Source: Macrostomum hystrix | Lineage: Eukaryota; Animalia; Platyhelminthes | Length of the DNA stretch: 64,000 nucleotides | Assembly: GCA_950097015.1 (NCBI GenBank) | Contig: CATNEN010000038.1 | Coordinates: forward strand, 21,328,001 to 21,392,000 | Reading direction: 5' to 3' | In this document: one piece after another, positions 58,001-64,000 of the stretch | Layout: every line of letters begins with the position of its first letter | Numbering within the stretch: the stretch's first letter is position 1 | Program-made: the position numbers and the translations under genes | Notes under the pieces: model-generated | What the model was told of the DNA's origin: nothing | Seen by the model: only the letters and a program-made list of their open reading frames with translations | Database searches by the model: none

Positions 58001-58628
58001 CCAGGCTGGGCTGGGCAGACTGGGAGCGCATGTGCTCGCGAAGCACCTGACGGTTGGGGAATGATTGAAACTGTTTCTGACAGGAACAGAAAAATAGAGA
58101 CAGGAACAGAAAAATAGAGACAGGAACAGACAAAAACAGACAGGAACAGACAAATACAGACAGGAACAGACAAATACAGAGAGGGACAGAGAAATACAGA
58201 AAGAAACATACAAATCCAGTAAAAAACAGACAAATACAGACAGGATCAAGTCAACAGACAGGCAGACAATTCTATGCAGGAACAGAAACGAAAGCGCCAA
58301 ATCCTACCTGCAGCGCGTTGAACAGCTTGCCCGTGGCGTGATCTCGTTTAATCTCGTCCCCTTTAATCTTCTGACCGCATTCGCCGCACTGAGCTGCGGC
58401 CGGAGCACCGTCGCGCAGTTTCTGGGCGCACTCATCGCAGATGCAGTGGCCGCATTTGGTTGCCATGGGAGTTTCGGCCAGTTTTAGGCACTGCACGCAG
58501 GTGCACTTTCGTGTGAGCTCCTCCAGCATGCGGTGCTGAGTGTACATGCCGCCGCCACCGCCGCCGGAAGATGACGATGAGGCAGAGTTGCCGAGGCGGA
58601 TCTTTTTCGGATGACAGACGTCCGTCAT
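55079..58628 (-). CDS. RING-coiled coil-NHL repeat protein (TRIM-NHL/malin-like E3 ligase); exons 58308-58628, 57720-58046, 56708-57412, 55869-56190, 55079-55533
   Basis: C3HC4 RING CVQC..CGHCICDEC..CGEC; helical coiled coil; NHL blades QFRQPMSAYVHKDELYVVDSDNKRVQMF, PFSLTSDSSGNLFI, IYGVAFDSAGRRMFVAD; phases 0/0/0/1 consistent. Confidence 0.85.
56470..56548 (-). mobile_element. Diverged SINE head fragment
   Basis: TTCCATTGGACTGAGAATCGAACTCCGGACCTC...GAGCTACAA. Confidence 0.55.
58075..58262. repeat. 20-bp repeat (GACAGGAACAGAAAAATAGA) in RING-NHL intron 1; a second 20-bp repeat at about 57580-57692 in intron 2
   Basis: Tandem periodicity; pyrimidine-rich on the sense strand. Confidence 0.85.
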
Positions 58629-58769
58629 GCTGATTGATGCTGTCACAGACTGGTTTCTATGCTTTGATTATTTTTGCTAGGCTATATAAGTCAACGATCT
58701 GAAACAATACAATACGCAAAGTTGACATATGATATCCTATTGTCTACCTGTCAATCTACCAATCTGTCT

Positions 58770-60020
58770 TTCTGCCGATCTACATGCCAAACTACTAACC
58801 TACCTGTCTATCTGCCGATCTACCTGCTAAACTACTAACCTACCTGTCTATCAGCCGATCTACCTGCTAAACTACTAAACTATTTGTCTATCTGCCGATC
58901 TACCAGCTAAACTACTAACCTATTTATCTATCTGCCGATCTACCAGCTAAACTACTAACCTATTTGTCTATCTGCCGATCTTCCAGCTAAACTACTAACC
59001 TATTTGTCTATCTGCCGATCTTCCAGCTAAACTACTAACCTATTTGTCTATCTGCCAATCTACCTGCTTTACTACTAACCTATTTGTCTATCTGCCGATC
59101 TACCAGCTAAACTACTAACCTATTTGTCTATCTGCCGATCTACCAGCTAAACTACTAACCTATTTGTCTATCTGCCGATCTACCAGCTAAACTACTAACC
59201 TATTTGTCTATCTGCCGATCTTCCAGCTAAACTACTAACCTACCTGTCTTATCTGCCGATCTACCTACTAAACTACTAACCTACCTGTCTTATCTGCCGA
59301 TCTACCTGCTAAACTACTAACCTACCTGTCTTATCTGTCGATCTACCTGCTAAACTACTAACCTACCTGTCTTATCTGCCGATCTACCTGCTAAACTACA
59401 AACCAACCTGTCTTATCTGTCGATCTACCTGCTAAACTACTAATCAACCTGTCTTATCTGCCGATCTACCTGCTAAACTACTAATCAACCTGTCTTATCT
59501 GCCGGCCGATCTACCTGCTAAAGTACTAACCTACCCGTCTATCTGCAGATCTTCCAGCTAAACTACTAACCTATTTGTCTATCTGCCAATCTACCTGCTT
59601 TACTACTAACCTATTTGTCTATCTGCCGATCTACCAGCTAAACTACTAACCTATTTGTCTATCTGCCGATCTTCCAGCTAAACTACTAACCTATTTGTCT
59701 ATCTGCCGATCTTCCAGCTAAACTACTAACCTATTTGTCTATCTGCCGATCTTCCAGCTAAACTACTAACCTACCTGTCTTATCTGCCGATCTACCTACT
59801 AAACTACTAACCTACCTGTCTTATCTGCCGATCTACCTGCTAAACTACTAACCTACCTGTCTTATCTGTCGATCTACCTGCTAAACTACTAACCTACCTG
59901 TCTTATCTGCCGATCTACCTGCTAAACTACTAATCAACCTGTCTTATCTGCCGATCTACCTGCTAAAGTACTAACCTACCCGTCTATCTGCAGATCTGCC
60001 TGATTAACTACTAACCTACT
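58770..60020. repeat. 40/41-bp minisatellite (TATCTGCCGATCTACCTGCTAAACTACTAACCTACCTGTC) upstream of the RING-NHL acceptor near 58698
   Basis: About 30 units with two variant classes arranged in a duplicated block. Confidence 0.95.
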
Positions 60021-60771
60021 AGTCTATCTACCAGTTTCCTCTGTCTGGAATCAGAAAAAAATACAAAAATACATATCTAAAAGCTTTGGCCGAATAGATA
60101 TATATATATAAGAAAACAAATTGTTAATGTTCGAAATATAATTCACGAAAACAGCACTAATCAATGGGCAATCTCGAGTGATTATTACTAGAATTGAAAA
60201 AAATAACTTGAAAGAACAAAAAAACTGATGAATTTGAGAATTCAATAATGAGAAGAACCGTGTTAAAGGAAGACAGAAAAAAAACTGACTTCAAACGCAC
60301 TTTAAGTTGCCTTGACAAAACTAGAAATAAAATTAAAACTGAATTAATTATCGAGTGCGAATCCACACTTCGAAAAAAACGTTTTAATAGCCTCATTAAA
60401 TAGTTAGCAACAATAGCTTAGCGCCATGCATTTTTGCAAAACAAGTAACAAAATAACATATTTTTTAAACAATACAAAAACACGATTCAATAATCTACAA
60501 AACGATAAGACACACGTGCAGATGATATTAAACTCATAATTTTTTTGAAAATAAATGCCGCTTCATAATATTTTTTTTCCATTAATTCCAGTTTTTATAA
60601 AACAACATGCAACATTTTCATTTAAATAAGCGAATAACAGAATTGTAAAACAAATACGCAGCAGGACATTGAGATTGTGAACTTCTGCTAATGTAGTTTG
60701 TGCACTGGCATTAGGGCGAATGATGTGACCAGGTGAATTCTTGTGCGTTTTATTGTGTGGCCGATGTCGAA

Positions 60772-61514
60772 TTAACTTCGCGCAGCATCGTATAAAAAGT
60801 ACTCGGATTGTTGCTGCTGCTGAGACTGGCCCATCATTGGCACAGTGGCCGAATTTGATGACAATGAAGGCGGCTGCTGCTGCTGCTGCTGCTGCTTTGG
60901 TCTTGAAGGCAAAGTGATTGGCACCAGATAATCTGTGTCACCTTCGTCTTGCACATGTTCATTCAAATCTATCAACGGATTGTCCGATCTGTCGTCAACA
61001 TCATCGTCAGCTGCAGCAGCTTCGTCAGCAACATCTTCTTGAACCAGGTCGGCGGCAGTCTCAGAGTTGACTTCCGCTTCTGAATCGAAATCATCGGAAT
61101 TGTCTCCACGATCTTCAACATCATCATCGTCATCTTCGTCGTCATCATCATCTTCGTCGGGATTGTCGCCGACGGCTTCTGGCTCATAGTCAGGCGGTGT
61201 GCGGCACTCTTCATCTTCGCTGTCGAACTCGTCGGATTGTCGATGACGCGGCGGCGGTTTAGCCGGCCTCGATAGCGGCGGCCTGCGACACTGCTGCTGA
61301 CGTTGCTGCTGCTGCTGCTGATGCTGCTGCTGCAGAGACAGCGAAGACGACGTCTGCGGTGTCAACGGGGGCCGCGACGGCAACGGCTGCTGCTGCTGCT
61401 GATGCTGAAACTCGTGCGGTTGCATCATAGGCGAGCCTGGCGGAAAATTAAATCCGAAATTGTACTGCAATAGTCGCTGCGGATTAAAGTTGGTTCTAGC
61501 TGGCCGACCATCTG

Positions 61515-61576
<62 letters not shown>

Positions 61577-61931
61577 TGCTGCGAATCAGTATTATTTTGC
61601 TGATTATTAGCCGAACTCAAAGCGTCATCGAATCCTTCCCTATAGGCCTGCCAAAGAATGTACTCTAGTGGCCGAATATAATGAGCCAGATAGTGCTCAG
61701 CTTCTAAGCGTCTACGTTCGCTAGTTGCCGATCGATAGGTGAGCAGAGAGGCTCGCGACTGGGCCGAGATTCTACTCTGGCCAGATGCGCCCGGTTGATA
61801 AATTGGCTCCGCCTCTGCCGGCTGGTGCTGCTGCTGCTGGCCGCGATGATTAGCGGTTGCTATGGCAACTGAAGTACCAGCAACGCCGCGCCTTCTGCGT
61901 CCGCTGCTGCTGATACGTCGAGACTCTGTTG

Positions 61932-61964
<33 letters not shown>

Positions 61965-64000
61965 TTCAGGAAGGCTGCGGGCAATGGCACATTATTTGGT
62001 GACACTAGACCCGCAGCCAGCGAGAAGGCAATTCTGCCCATTCTGCGCTGACTCCTGAGCACAAACGCACACAGATACTGTACGCAGGCACACGCTCACA
62101 CAGGTGTGTACATCTGCCCTGACTTTCTCATTTTCAGGCAGTGCAGTGCACACTTTCACTTAGACTTGGAGATTGGCCCTAAAGGGCACGTCAGGCCTCT
62201 CAGATATTTACCATAGACAGTCTCAGATACAAGTGGCGAATAAACAAGAGTCACTAAATATAGGAGTCCTTGGTTCACGATTGCTATGTATTCCGCAGTC
62301 CAATTCATCACCGTTAGCCGCTTGTCCAAAACATTCTATGGCCTAAACTATAAGACCCATTTTACTTACACAAAAATCACACACAAAATCTTAAGATTCT
62401 CGATTCATATCCAGTTCACTATTTACACGCAGCCATGCAAAACAATCACGAGACGCATCATAGTCATAGTCATAAGCACGGTCATCATCATCATCATCAT
62501 CATCGACCGCCAGGCAGCAGCATTGAAACTAATCAGACCCTGCGCGAAGGCAAAATAGTCCGATTAGAACTGCTTAGTCGAAGCCTGGGCATCGATGAAG
62601 ACAGACCAGACCAGACTGCTGAAAATGTTCATGACACCGATGCTCTATTAGACTGCGTAGCGCACGCTCAAGCTAACGTGACTATAAGAGAATCATGCGA
62701 CTGTGTATATGAAAATCAACACGAACATTTGCACCAGAACCCGCGCTATCATCAGCACCACAGGAAGCAGCAGCATCAGCAGCAGCAGCAGCAGCAGTCC
62801 CAGCATGCCCCAGCTCTACAGATGGGTGACATCAAGTTTCGCAAGGCCGATAAATCAAAATCGCCTGACCAATCAGTAGCCAATCAGCACAAAGATAGTA
62901 AGAGTTCTAGTGCGAAAATCAATACACCACCTGGAATTTCGGTGAAAAAAAAGTGGCTTTAGGAATTAGCCGCTGAAGTGACTTCTCAACAGAAGCTTTG
63001 CGTTAGAACTTTTAGCTTTAAATAGCTTGCTTATTTTACCTTATTAGACTGTGTATGCGCAAAAAATGCAACTTTAACTGTATTGCACTATGCAAATAAA
63101 ACTATCTACCAAATATACAGAATTCTGTAAGACAGTCTTCTTAAATACTTGGGTACTTTAATACTTAAAATGTGACTATTCCTGTTGTAATCTTTTATGT
63201 ACTTTTGAATAAATATTTTTTTATTTTGGCTATAACTTTTTTTCTCTGATATACATGCTAAAAGTAACGTATATCAAATTCTAAAAGTAACGGATCCCAG
63301 ATTTCAGAAGTAACGGACCTTAGATTCCAGAAGTAAGGGATCACAGATTTCAAAAGTAACGGACCTTAGATTCGAGAAGTAACGGATCACAGATTCCAGG
63401 AGCAACGGACCTTAGATTCCAGAAGTAACGGATCACATATTTCAGGAGCAACGGACCTTAGATTCGAGAAGTAACGGATCACAGATTCCAGGAGCAAGGG
63501 ACCTTAGATTCCAGAAGTAAGGGATCACAGATTTCAGGAGCAACGGACCTTAGATTCCATAAGTAACGGATCACAGATTCCAGAGGTAACGTATCTAAAA
63601 TTCTAGAAGCAATGGATTTCAGATTCTAGAAGCAACGGATCTCAGATTCAAGAAGTAACGTATCTCAAATTCTAGAAGCAACGGATCTCCGATTCCAGGA
63701 GTAACGGGTCTTAGATTCCAGAAGTAACGGATTTCAGATTTTTGAAGTAACGGATCTAACTGATTAAAAATATTATTAAACTAATTGAGTAAATGTGTAT
63801 TTCTTTAAGTAACGGATAAAGTAACGAAGAAGTAATTAGGGAAATTACAAGTAGAACTAACAAAAAAATTGAGATTAAAATATGTTTAAAGAACTCACCT
63901 CTGCCCAGACTGCTATGCCTGGGCGCCCTGCTAACTACAGTGGAACTGACGGAAGCGCATTGCGCATTGTTGGCAATTGTAGCGGAGCCAGCAATGGTTG
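60772..64000 (-). CDS. 3' part of a low-complexity Gln/Asp/Pro-rich protein; exons 63899->64000 and 60772-61925
   Basis: Donor AGA G|GTGAGT (phase 1) matches acceptor CAACAG|AG; the frame is open from 61925 to the stop at 60772; polyQ and acidic tracts. No family recognised. Confidence 0.6.
62435..62962 (+). CDS. His/Gln-rich 175-aa ORF nested antisense in the intron of the preceding gene
   Basis: Acceptor-like TTTACACGCAG directly before CCATG; downstream AATAAA near 63095 and 63209. Confidence 0.5.
   Translation: MQNNHETHHSHSHKHGHHHHHHHRPPGSSIETNQTLREGKIVRLELLSRSLGIDEDRPDQTAENVHDTDALLDCVAHAQANVTIRESCDCVYENQHEHLHQNPRYHQHHRKQQHQQQQQQQSQHAPALQMGDIKFRKADKSKSPDQSVANQHKDSKSSSAKINTPPGISVKKKWL
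63262..63760. repeat. 23-bp minisatellite (AGAAGTAACGGACCTTAGATTCC)
   Basis: Tandem periodicity, alternating variants. Confidence 0.9.

Noticed and set aside
1-64000. CRISPR arrays or prokaryotic operons
   Set aside because: All arrays are spacer-less tandem repeats, and the genes have spliceosomal introns.

Overview
Eukaryotic (metazoan) genomic DNA with short GC-rich spliced exons, AT-rich intergenic DNA and many intronic minisatellites. The style suggests a flatworm such as Macrostomum, but that is inference. Genes I could assemble exon by exon with consistent splice phases: otopetrin (-), three serpins (+,-,+; the two + copies are a recent segmental duplication), a 5'-incomplete coiled-coil gene with Rab11-FIP-RBD-like motifs (+), a highly divergent TTL-family (TTLL10-like) gene (+), PERK/EIF2AK3 (-; first coding exon not found), a small secreted/membrane ORF (-), cytochrome c (+), a RING-coiled coil-NHL gene (-), and a Gln/acidic gene (-) whose intron holds an antisense His/Gln-rich ORF. 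Mobile DNA: decayed Crypton-like tyrosine-recombinase elements, a P-type non-autonomous transposon (24-bp TIR, 8-bp TSD, THAP remnant) and about ten copies of a tRNA-derived SINE. Best leads: (1) several intronic minisatellites whose unit reads GT...AG on the host sense strand, or that amplify the splice site itself; (2) strand-asymmetric DNA hairpins (tandem G.A pairs plus GCGTAGC triloop), one lying between Crypton-like recombinase remnants; (3) a serpin whose P3-P3' residues (SARMAP) match human PAI-1; (4) a probable pseudo-enzyme of the TTL family. All calls were made by eye; no database searches were run.
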